Shown here one piece after another: positions 19,512 through 28,304 of a stretch of DNA of 64,000 nt (within the stretch, counting starts at the first letter, position 1; each line of letters begins with the position of its first letter). Origin of the DNA: Candidatus Latescibacterota bacterium (lineage in GTDB: Bacteria > Latescibacterota > UBA2968); assembly GCA_965222605.1 (NCBI GenBank), contig OZ244960.1:4544001-4608000 (forward strand), written 5' to 3'. A program made the position numbers and the translations under genes. The notes beneath the pieces are model-generated. The model was not told the DNA's origin, did not search any database, and was given only the letters and a program-made list of their open reading frames with translations.

Positions 19512-20606
19512 CTATTCGATTAAGGCTTCGGAGATTGCGTCGTGAAATTCGGGGCGAAGATGGGCAATTTGATTGTTCTCGCGGGTGGGGTGTACGCGAT
19601 TGGTGAGGAGAATGACGCCGAGGTCTCGTATGGGGTCTCCCCATACGGATGTGCCGGTAAAACCGAGGATGCCGAAGGATTGTTCGCTAAAGTGGCGGCC
19701 GCTCGAACTTTCGCCGGGTGAGACCGTGTCCCAGCCGAGTGCCCAGGTGCTGTTGGGCGCGAGGTTGGCGCGTGTGGTAAATTGTGGAATGCTCCGTTTG
19801 GGAAAGATGCCTGTGCCGAGCCATGCGAGCAGGCATTTCGCCAGATCATGCGCTGTGGAAAACAGACCGGCGTGGGAGGCGATACCACCCATTGCGGCGG
19901 CATTTTCATCGTGGACTTCACCGTGTACGAGGTGATCGCGCAAGTCGGAGCCGTTTTCAGTGGGGGCAATGCGGTGTTTGAGATGGGGTGGTGGACAGTA
20001 CCTGGTGTCGTTCATTTTGAGCGGTTCGAATATGTGCTGTTTGACGAGGTGATCCAGACGATGGCCGCCGATGGTTTCGAGGATTTTACCCAGGGTGAGA
20101 AAGCCCAGGTCGCTGTACACGGTGTCTGTGCCGGGTTCATAAATTAAGGGAAGTTGGTACGCTGCGTTGAGCATGGCATCGCGGATGTCAATATCGTGCG
20201 CTACGCGTTGGTCTTCGTACAGGTGAACATGTGCGGGCAGGCCACTGCAATGAGCGAGTAGATGACGAATTGTGACGCGGTTTTTGTTTTTCCCGGTGAA
20301 AGAGGGTACATAAAATTGCACGGGTGCGTCGAGGATGAGGTGACCTCCAGCGGCAAATAACATGCAGAGTGTTGTCGTGGCGATGACTTTGGTGACGGAA
20401 GCGAGGTCGTAGAGGGTATTGATTTGCACAGGTGTCGCGTTGGGCTGATATGTGTAGTGGCCCACAGCCCAGCAGGTGACTATGCCCGCGCGGCGCAGGA
20501 CAAGGCCGACGGCACCGGGTGCAGTGCGTGTATGCACATGGTGTTGTAAGACTTGCCTGGCGCGGTCGAGTTTTTGCGAATTAAAACCGAGTTGTTCGGG
20601 TGTCAT
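19512..20606 (-). CDS. Serine hydrolase, beta-lactamase class C/AmpC-like family
   Basis: LASVTK (SxxK), LLAHCSGL, YSDLGF, VHDENA, GFTGTS, LLTNRVHP. Confidence 0.9.
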   Translation of the reverse strand: MTPEQLGFNSQKLDRARQVLQHHVHTRTAPGAVGLVLRRAGIVTCWAVGHYTYQPNATPVQINTLYDLASVTKVIATTTLCMLFAAGGHLILDAPVQFYVPSFTGKNKNRVTIRHLLAHCSGLPAHVHLYEDQRVAHDIDIRDAMLNAAYQLPLIYEPGTDTVYSDLGFLTLGKILETIGGHRLDHLVKQHIFEPLKMNDTRYCPPPHLKHRIAPTENGSDLRDHLVHGEVHDENAAAMGGIASHAGLFSTAHDLAKCLLAWLGTGIFPKRSIPQFTTRANLAPNSTWALGWDTVSPGESSSGRHFSEQSFGILGFTGTSVWGDPIRDLGVILLTNRVHPTRENNQIAHLRPEFHDAISEALIE

Positions 20607-20702
20607 TTGTGTCTCCTGACCTCTTGCACGTAGCATTTCTGTGTTCTATATTGCTAAAATAAGAGACAATAGCAAAGGAAATTTGACTGGGGAGATTGTT
20701 TT

Positions 20703-21350
20703 ATGAGATATCGACATATCTTTGGTGCAAGCGCATTTATCGCCCTGTTTTTTGCGGTGTGTATGCCCGCTGAGGGACAGGTGAATGTGGAACGGCTCGA
20801 GAGTATTGCGCGACATGTGGCGCGGGCGGTTTTAGCTGAGGGGGATTCTCTGACGGCAGAGCAGGTCGCATGGGTCGAGCGTATGACCGCGCAATTGGCA
20901 GAGGATGTGGTGTTTCTCGACGAGCAAAAACAGCGGTTGGAAGAGGTGCGCAGGGAAAGAGATGCGTCGATTCGGAATATCGCGAGCCAGGTTGCCAGGG
21001 GGATCGCTGTTCTGATTGCGCTGCTGGTTTTGTGGGCGATTTTCCGTGTGATTCGAAGGGGGGTGCGTGCCGAGTCGGGAGATGATCCTCTGGGGGTGTT
21101 GATTGCGATGCGCACAGAAGCGTGGGCGCAGAAACTCGGCAAGACGCTTGTTGAAGAAAATTTGGCGACGGGTGGAACTGTTGCACCGAGTATCCGTTCA
21201 ATCTATCGTAGGGAGGATGGGGTGCGAGAAGCTGCGGAGGCGATGGTTTTTTTGAAGACGACGCGGGCGCAACTCAGCCATTTGATTGGCCGCGCAGAGG
21301 AATTGGGCGAGGGCAAGACGCCAGAGCTCGTTGTGATATGTGAGGTGTGA
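20703..21350 (+). CDS. Membrane protein with C-terminal CutA-like domain
   Basis: Signal peptide, coiled region and TM helix, then AQKLGKTLVEENLA...SIYRREDGVREAAEAMVFLKTT...PELV, matching the CutA pattern. Confidence 0.65.
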   Translation: MRYRHIFGASAFIALFFAVCMPAEGQVNVERLESIARHVARAVLAEGDSLTAEQVAWVERMTAQLAEDVVFLDEQKQRLEEVRRERDASIRNIASQVARGIAVLIALLVLWAIFRVIRRGVRAESGDDPLGVLIAMRTEAWAQKLGKTLVEENLATGGTVAPSIRSIYRREDGVREAAEAMVFLKTTRAQLSHLIGRAEELGEGKTPELVVICEV

Positions 21351-21419
21351 AATGCAACCACAGATGAACACGGATGAAAGGTAAGATACAAGACGTTAAA
21401 AGGCGATGAGATGTTAAGA

Positions 21420-21446
21420 GTAGGGGCGGTGCCCCTGTGCCCGCCC
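21420..21446 (+). repeat. REP-like palindrome
   Basis: GTAGGGGCGGTGCCCCTGTGCCCGCCC, matching 2485-2510. Confidence 0.6.
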
Positions 21447-21465
21447 GTGAAAGGATACCGATAGC

Positions 21466-22143
21466 ATGTTAAAAGTCTGGATCGTCATTCTGTTTGGATT
21501 TTGTTTTGTTGCGTCCGTAGAGGCTGTGGATGAGGATGCCTCGCGTATTGCGCGGGAGATGGTTCGCTCGCTGTACGGTTCCGAGCGCGTGAAGCCGTTG
21601 CCACCTGTGGCGAATGCACAGGTGCGCGTTATTGCGAGAAAGTTGGCTGCGGAGTCAGATGGCCGTTTTCAGCATGCGTTTTTTCAAGAGGAGGATCGGG
21701 AGCAAGGGGCGTTTTTCAGCGGACTGATGAAGCACGTTGTTATCGGGGTGATGATTTGTCTGGTGTTTTTTGTGGTGCATACGGTTGTGCGAAAAATTGA
21801 TGCGGCACGGCGTCTGGGGAAAACCGATCTCAATGTCGCGGTTCACGGTGGGTTGCGCGCCGCGCCTTATGTTCTGGCTCTTCCCATGCCATCTGAGGCG
21901 GAGGCAAGTCGCGTGGGGCACGCGCTTGTTGCCGAGCGGTTGGCTGCGCGTGTGGATGTTTTTTCGCAGTATTTTTTGTCGCCGAATCGGGATGGAGATA
22001 TCGTGCTATTTGTGATGACTGTAAAAGGGCGCTTGAGGTCACTGAAAAAACGGCTGGGGAATTTGTCTATTTCATTTCCCGTTTCGCATGGGCACAGGTC
22101 CTATTTGACGTGGATTGCCGATGCGGCTGATGGGAGAGGGTAG
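21466..22143 (+). CDS. Membrane protein with degenerate C-terminal CutA-like domain
   Basis: Signal peptide and TM helix, then PSEAEASRVGHALVAERLAARVDV...FPVSHGHRSYLTWI. Confidence 0.6.
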   Translation: MLKVWIVILFGFCFVASVEAVDEDASRIAREMVRSLYGSERVKPLPPVANAQVRVIARKLAAESDGRFQHAFFQEEDREQGAFFSGLMKHVVIGVMICLVFFVVHTVVRKIDAARRLGKTDLNVAVHGGLRAAPYVLALPMPSEAEASRVGHALVAERLAARVDVFSQYFLSPNRDGDIVLFVMTVKGRLRSLKKRLGNLSISFPVSHGHRSYLTWIADAADGRG

Positions 22144-22242
22144 GATGTGCGCGAGACGTTCTGGTGGGCAGTTATTAGTCTGGGATATACAGGGTTTTTT
22201 GGCTGGGGATAGGAATGAAAGTCAAACGAAAGGAGAAAAACT

Positions 22243-22491
22243 ATGACGGTTCAAGAAATCACAGAAGTCATAAAAACGTTAAGCCCCAATGAGCTGAAGT
22301 ACTTACGGAATCTATTGGACGAGCACCTACCCATAGAAGGCGAAGTAGAAAAATGGGATGCTTTTCATCGATCCCTAATGGCGAAAGGTCTGGTTAAAGA
22401 ACTGAAGAAGCCGACAAAGACAACTGAACGCAGACTTATCAAGGCCAAGGGAAAGCCTGTATCACAAACAATTATTGAGGAGCGAAGATAG
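22243..22491 (+). CDS. Putative antitoxin of a PIN (VapC)-type TA pair
   Basis: RBS AAGGAG; ends GKPVSQTIIEERR; directly precedes a PIN-toxin remnant. Confidence 0.6.
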   Translation: MTVQEITEVIKTLSPNELKYLRNLLDEHLPIEGEVEKWDAFHRSLMAKGLVKELKKPTKTTERRLIKAKGKPVSQTIIEERR

Positions 22492-22578
22492 GTGGCGATT
22501 TATTATATGGATAGTAGTGGTATTGTTAAACGCTATGTCGATGAAATTGGTGTAGAAGATCCAAATGCACATTCTTAA
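22492..22578 (+). pseudogene. Internally deleted PIN/VapC toxin remnant
   Basis: GTG start; MAIYYMDSSGIVKRYVDEIG (PIN N-terminus) joined to VEDPNAHS*; only 28 aa. Confidence 0.65.
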
Positions 22579-22705
22579 AAATAAGCTTCAGATTTTAGCA
22601 TTTAGTCCTCGCCTTACTGTCCCAAATCAAATTGATCTCACGGCGGGCTGACTGCTGATAGTTAATACGTGTTACGATGGTTTTCCAGGGGGCTAGGAGG
22701 CTGCT

Positions 22706-25700
22706 ATGTCATACCGTATTTCTCTCTTCGTGTTGCTGACGCTGTTTGCGTGTAGCAAAAAGTCGCCCGAAGACGCACCGCTATCCTATCCTTTGGAGAC
22801 GGCGCGTATGGTGAGCCATGTGAGTGGGGGTGTGCTCGCATCGACCGATCCGATTCGCGTGCGTTTTGTATCGCCTGTTGTCGGCAAAAGTCAGGTTGGG
22901 CAGGTGTTGCGAACGCGCGTGTTTCGCTTTGTTCCATCTATTGACGGTTTGGCGACATGGGAAGATGTGCGTACGCTTGTTTTCAAGCCAAACGCACCGC
23001 TGGCGTTGCGTACAGTCTATAGCGGTGAACTTAGCATGGTCGATGTGTTTCCCCAGCACAAAGATCTGAAGCCGCTCATCATCCAGTTTGAGGTCGCGGG
23101 ACGAGAACTCGTCGCACTTGAGGCAGATTTTGAGTTGCCCGATGCGAATGATCCGCAGCGTCTCGTTTTTAGCGGTCAGATTAGCTTTAACGAACGCGCG
23201 GATTCTTCGGCTGTGAGCGATGCGGTGGCGTTGCGTCTGGGAGATCAGCGGCTTGCGCTCCATTGGCGCGTGTTATCAGATGGCAAGACGCACGATTTTA
23301 CAAGTGCCGAGATCACGCGCACAAGAGAGGCACAAGAACTCACCCTGCATATTGACCGAGCAGATTTGGAACTCTCGCAAGACTACGACAATACATGGTC
23401 TCTTCCCCCTTTATCGGTCCTTTCCGTTGTCAAGATTGAAAAACACACGGACCGGGACCGTCCGCGCGTAAGCATCATTTTTTCAGATGATCTCGATTTT
23501 GGTCAGGATATCGCGGGGTTGATCACAGTTGATCCACCGCAACAGCTTCAGCTCAACGCGCTTGGCAAAACAGTGGGTGTTGTAGGCAATTTTCAGCACG
23601 GACAGAGTTATGCGCTCACCGTACACCCCGGCATTCGCAGTCGCTGGGGCATTGCGCTGGCACAACCACATACAGAGACGGTGGTTTTTGACGATATAAA
23701 ACCTCGCATGCGTTTTGCGCGTGACGGTGTGTTTTTGCCCTCTTCTGGCAATCGAAAAATCCGGTTTCAGACGGTAAATGTGTCGCGCGTTCGTCTCAAG
23801 TTCGATAAAGTTTTTGAATCGAATCTGGGGCAGTTCTTGCAAGTTCAAGGGGTGGATGGATCGCGGGATCGCACGCGAGTATTTTCCTCTTATCAGATTC
23901 GGCGCGTGGGCGTGACAGTGGTGGATAAAAAACTGGATATTGGTAACGAAAAAAATGTGTGGTTGCAGCACGATCTCGATTTGGACGATCTGATTTCCAA
24001 AGATGAGAAGGGGCTTTATCTGATCGGTCTCACTTTTGGGGCAGAGGATATGCTTTACGGAGACCCGGTGGAAGCGGCAGAGGCGCGGCAACAACGCAGG
24101 CGGTACCGCGGGACTGATTATTATAACAATCCCTATTCGCGCGGTTATGTCTATCAGCATGGGCGCATCTATAAGCCGGTGGTGGTCAGCGATATCGGTC
24201 TTACGCATCAAAAGGCGCACGAGCGGCATCTCGTTTATGCCACCCATTTAGAAGATGCGCGTCCATTGTCCGGTGTCACCATAACCCTGCGCACATACCA
24301 GAATCAGATTGTGGAACAGAAAGTCACGGATCGGAATGGCCTGGCGGATTTTAGTCCTGTAAAATCAGATGTTTTTTTCATCGAAGCCGAGAAAGACGGG
24401 CAGCGCAGTTTTATCAAACCGGGGGATATGGCGTGGAATCTATCGACGTTTGATACGGGGGGACAAGACCCTGCACCCGATGGCATTCGGGCGTTTTTTT
24501 ACACGGAGCGCGGGGTTTATCGGCCCGGCGATGATATTCACTTGTCGACGATTGTGCGAAATCACAACCACACATTTCCAGATGGGCATCCGGTTTCGCT
24601 CGCGTTTTATAATCCATTGGGACAGCGCGTGCTCACGCAGACCAATCGCGAGGGGAAAGATGGGTTTTACACCTTTGATTTGTCGTCGTCGGCCGATGCA
24701 CCAACGGGCAACTGGCGCGCTGAAATTGATGTGGGTAGCCGCAAATTTAATCACACGGTCAAAATTGAAACCGTTGTGCCTTTTCGCCTCAAGGTCTTTC
24801 TCGATCCACAACTTGCAGATCGGGATCGGGTGTTGAAAGCAGATCTGAGGAGTACGTATTTATTTGGCAATCCAGCGGCGGGCTTAAAAGCCAGTGTCGA
24901 TGTTACGCTGCGCAGTTCTCCGCCTGTATTTCCCAAGTATGAGGGTTTTTCGTTTGTCAATCAGGCGGTGAAATTTAAGCCGATTACAACCAATATTTTT
25001 AAGGGCACTCTGGACAAGGAGGGCAAAGCCGCTGTGTCGTGGCAGCTTCCATCTTTGAGCGAAGCACCTTCGCGTCTGTCTGCGGTATTGCACGCTCGCG
25101 TGCTCGAAAAAGGGGGGCGACCCAATAGCACGGCGCGCACGGTACACATCGATCCATTTGGGGTTTATGTGGGGTTGCGAAAGCCAGATATGGATTACGG
25201 TTTTACGCGCATCAATGCCTCTCTTGAAGTGCCCGTTGTTGCGGTGACGCCCGATGGGGAGGTCGCGTCTGGACGCACGTTGATGTATCGCGTTTTTCAC
25301 AATGAGAATTACTGGTGGTGGGAATACGATTCGAGGGATCAGTTTCGCCTGCGTTTTAAGCGGGATTTCAGCACGAAGAAGATTTTCGAAACGTCGATTA
25401 TTTCTCAAGATCACCCGGTGCCGGTTGCGTTTACGCCCGAAAAAAAAGGAGAGTATTTGATTGAGGTGGCGGATGCAGATGGGCATAAGGCGTCACTTTT
25501 TATTCGCGCGTATCCCTGGGGCAGTTTGCCCGCAAGTGGGCGAGATGCTGGCGCATTGGTGCTCAAGACAGACCGAGAAAATTACGCGCCGGGTGAAATA
25601 GCTGTGGTGTCTTTTCCCGTGCCCGATACGTCGTCTGTGCTGGTGACTGTGTCTCGGGGTGGAAATGTGGTGCATTCGCGGTGGCACACGCCGAGCACGA

Positions 25701-28192
25701 GGAATACCGCGCAAATCGAGATTCCCATTACAGAAGGCATGGCGCCGAATGCGTATGTGACGGTATCCGTCATTCAGCCGCATAGACAGACGGCAAATGA
25801 TCGCCCGTTGCGGATGTATGGGATTGTGCCTTTGCGCGTAGTTGATCCAAATACGCGGCTCGATCTCACACTGACTGCGCCCGATGAACTCAAACCCGAC
25901 GATTCTTTTGAGGTTGTCGTGCAAACGGATGATGGAAAACCCGCGCAGTTGACGCTGTCTGTTGTGGATGAAGGTTTGCTGGATATCACGCAATTTTCAA
26001 CGCCCGATCCCTGGCGTGCGTTTTTCAGCAAGTTGCGTTTGGGGCTTCATATTTCCGATTTGTTTGGGCAGGTTATAGGTGTCAATATTGGCGATGTGTT
26101 TAAGACCTTTGCGATAGGCGGCGATGCCGCTCTGGCTGCTTATCGGCGCGATAGGCTCCATGATGATCAAAAACAGCGTTTTAAGTCTGTATCGCTTTTT
26201 GAAGGTCCGGTTGCAACCGACGATCAGGGGCGCGCTGTGGTTTCTTTTGTTATGCCCAATTACGTCGGTTCGGTGCGCATCATGGCTGTGGCTGCGCGGG
26301 GCAATGCTTATGGCAGTGAGGAAAAAACAGTACCGGTGAAAACGGATTTGATGGTTTTGCCCACTTTGCCGCGCGTGTTGCGCCCCGGTGATCGCATTGC
26401 CGTTCCAGCTACTGTATTTGCTATGAGAGATAGTTTGGGATCTGTTGATGTGGCGATTAGCACAGAGGGATTTCTCAATGTCGATGGACGGGTGCGGGAT
26501 ACCATTGCGTTTCAAAAAGCCGGTGAAAAAGATGTGCTATTTATGTGTACGGTGCCCAATGCAATTGGAGACGCGCGCGTTGCGATTACTGCGACTGCTG
26601 GCGATGTGATTGCTACGCATACAACGGATCTGACTATTTCACCGTCGTCGCCGCGCATCAGTGCCGATGATACGCGGGAGATACGGTCGGGACAGGCGGT
26701 TGTACTTCCCATTCCCGATCGGGGCATTCCCGGTTCCAATCGCGCACGTCTCACTCTGCACACGCGCCCGAATGTGAAGCTCGGCAACCGTCTGCTTTGG
26801 CTGGTGCGATATCCATACGGTTGTGTCGAGCAAGTGGTGTCGGCGGCATTTCCACAGCTTTATCTCAAAGATATCCTCCTGGTATCGGATAAATCGAATG
26901 AGATTGCGCGGGAGATTGATGATCATATAAATGCTGCGATTCGGCGGTTGCGCCGATTTCGGCTGTCGTCGGGTGCGCTCAGTTATTGGCCGGGGCGATC
27001 TGATCCCTCGATGTGGGGCACGCTATATGCCGGGCATTTTTTGATTGAGGCCGATGCTCTCGGTTATTATGTGCCAGACGACCTGTTTTATAGCTGGGTG
27101 CAATACCAGCAATCTCGCGCTTTGACCACGCGCGATGATCTCATGATCCGAACCTATCGGGTCTATTTGCTCGCACTGGCAAATCAGCCCGCTCTGGGGG
27201 CGATGAATTTACTAAAGGAAAGTAGTTTGCGGGATATGACGGATGTGGAGAAATGGCTGTTGGCATCGGCGTATCACCGCGCGGGTAGTTCTGCGATAGC
27301 CAATGAGATTCTCAGAAATGCGGGGACGCTCGCAAACAAGGGCAACAGGTGGGAAAATACCTTTGGGTCTGCGCTGAGAGACCGGGCAATGATTCTATCG
27401 GCGATGATTGATTTGCAACGTTGGGAAGAAGCCGATCCTCTGGCCGATGAAATCGCGCTGGCACTGGCATCGGACATGTGGTATTCGACACAGTCGAGCA
27501 GTTTCGCGCTGCTGGCACTGGGCAAGCATATCCGGGCGACCGAGGGGGATCAACCGCTGCGTTTGACGGGTTCGGTGACATTGCCCGGTGGGGAAGTCGT
27601 GCCGTTTGATTCGGGTTCGCGGTTTTACAATATCGATATCGAATCTGGATTTGGACAATCTATTCGCGTCCAACTCAGTCCCGAGAGCACGGTGACGCGG
27701 GCGTTTGCGACACTCGAATGGTCGGGCATTCCGCTCAGAGCTGACGCTGTAGCCGAATCTCGTAGTTTGCAACTCGACGTGCGCTGGCGCGATGACGATG
27801 GCTTTCCCGTGTATCCCGATACGCTCAAACAGGGGGCGACATTCTGGGGACATTTCAGCGTGAAAAATACATCTGTCGCACATATCCGCGAGATTGCATT
27901 GACTCAGTTGTTGCCTTCGGGTTGGGAAATCGAAAATACGCGCTTGTCGGGCGCGCCAATGCCGAGGTGGACTTCTAATTTGCGTTTGGGCCGCGAGGCA
28001 TATTTCGATATGCGCGACGATCGCGCGACATATTTTTTTGACATCGCACCTGCGAGCAACACTCAGAATTTTGTCGTGAAGCTCAATGCTGTTACGGTGG
28101 GTACATTTACCCTGCCACCCACACTTGTCGAGGCGATGTACAATAATAAAATCAAAGCGGTTGTGCCGGGTAGAACTGTGGTGGTGAGGTGA
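22706..28192 (+). CDS. yfhM: Bacterial alpha-2-macroglobulin (lipoprotein)
   Basis: Lipobox LFAC; TERGVYRPGD; thioester motif YPYGCVEQ; followed by pbpC. Confidence 0.95.
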   Translation: MSYRISLFVLLTLFACSKKSPEDAPLSYPLETARMVSHVSGGVLASTDPIRVRFVSPVVGKSQVGQVLRTRVFRFVPSIDGLATWEDVRTLVFKPNAPLALRTVYSGELSMVDVFPQHKDLKPLIIQFEVAGRELVALEADFELPDANDPQRLVFSGQISFNERADSSAVSDAVALRLGDQRLALHWRVLSDGKTHDFTSAEITRTREAQELTLHIDRADLELSQDYDNTWSLPPLSVLSVVKIEKHTDRDRPRVSIIFSDDLDFGQDIAGLITVDPPQQLQLNALGKTVGVVGNFQHGQSYALTVHPGIRSRWGIALAQPHTETVVFDDIKPRMRFARDGVFLPSSGNRKIRFQTVNVSRVRLKFDKVFESNLGQFLQVQGVDGSRDRTRVFSSYQIRRVGVTVVDKKLDIGNEKNVWLQHDLDLDDLISKDEKGLYLIGLTFGAEDMLYGDPVEAAEARQQRRRYRGTDYYNNPYSRGYVYQHGRIYKPVVVSDIGLTHQKAHERHLVYATHLEDARPLSGVTITLRTYQNQIVEQKVTDRNGLADFSPVKSDVFFIEAEKDGQRSFIKPGDMAWNLSTFDTGGQDPAPDGIRAFFYTERGVYRPGDDIHLSTIVRNHNHTFPDGHPVSLAFYNPLGQRVLTQTNREGKDGFYTFDLSSSADAPTGNWRAEIDVGSRKFNHTVKIETVVPFRLKVFLDPQLADRDRVLKADLRSTYLFGNPAAGLKASVDVTLRSSPPVFPKYEGFSFVNQAVKFKPITTNIFKGTLDKEGKAAVSWQLPSLSEAPSRLSAVLHARVLEKGGRPNSTARTVHIDPFGVYVGLRKPDMDYGFTRINASLEVPVVAVTPDGEVASGRTLMYRVFHNENYWWWEYDSRDQFRLRFKRDFSTKKIFETSIISQDHPVPVAFTPEKKGEYLIEVADADGHKASLFIRAYPWGSLPASGRDAGALVLKTDRENYAPGEIAVVSFPVPDTSSVLVTVSRGGNVVHSRWHTPSTRNTAQIEIPITEGMAPNAYVTVSVIQPHRQTANDRPLRMYGIVPLRVVDPNTRLDLTLTAPDELKPDDSFEVVVQTDDGKPAQLTLSVVDEGLLDITQFSTPDPWRAFFSKLRLGLHISDLFGQVIGVNIGDVFKTFAIGGDAALAAYRRDRLHDDQKQRFKSVSLFEGPVATDDQGRAVVSFVMPNYVGSVRIMAVAARGNAYGSEEKTVPVKTDLMVLPTLPRVLRPGDRIAVPATVFAMRDSLGSVDVAISTEGFLNVDGRVRDTIAFQKAGEKDVLFMCTVPNAIGDARVAITATAGDVIATHTTDLTISPSSPRISADDTREIRSGQAVVLPIPDRGIPGSNRARLTLHTRPNVKLGNRLLWLVRYPYGCVEQVVSAAFPQLYLKDILLVSDKSNEIAREIDDHINAAIRRLRRFRLSSGALSYWPGRSDPSMWGTLYAGHFLIEADALGYYVPDDLFYSWVQYQQSRALTTRDDLMIRTYRVYLLALANQPALGAMNLLKESSLRDMTDVEKWLLASAYHRAGSSAIANEILRNAGTLANKGNRWENTFGSALRDRAMILSAMIDLQRWEEADPLADEIALALASDMWYSTQSSSFALLALGKHIRATEGDQPLRLTGSVTLPGGEVVPFDSGSRFYNIDIESGFGQSIRVQLSPESTVTRAFATLEWSGIPLRADAVAESRSLQLDVRWRDDDGFPVYPDTLKQGATFWGHFSVKNTSVAHIREIALTQLLPSGWEIENTRLSGAPMPRWTSNLRLGREAYFDMRDDRATYFFDIAPASNTQNFVVKLNAVTVGTFTLPPTLVEAMYNNKIKAVVPGRTVVVR

Positions 28193-28304
28193 TCCGCAGA
28201 TGACGCAGAAAAAACGCGAGTAATTTGAGCGTTTTACGCAGATGAAAAGAGGGGCTGGAGGGCTGGGGTTATCCTGTTCATCCTTTTCTCCTGATATCCT
28301 GATC

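Noticed and set aside
28194-28304. Short CAGATGA/ATCCTG-type repeats (also ~21358-21379) and the upstream ATG at 28242
   Set aside because: They look like generic intergenic repeat fragments; too short to assign, and pbpC more plausibly starts at 28305.
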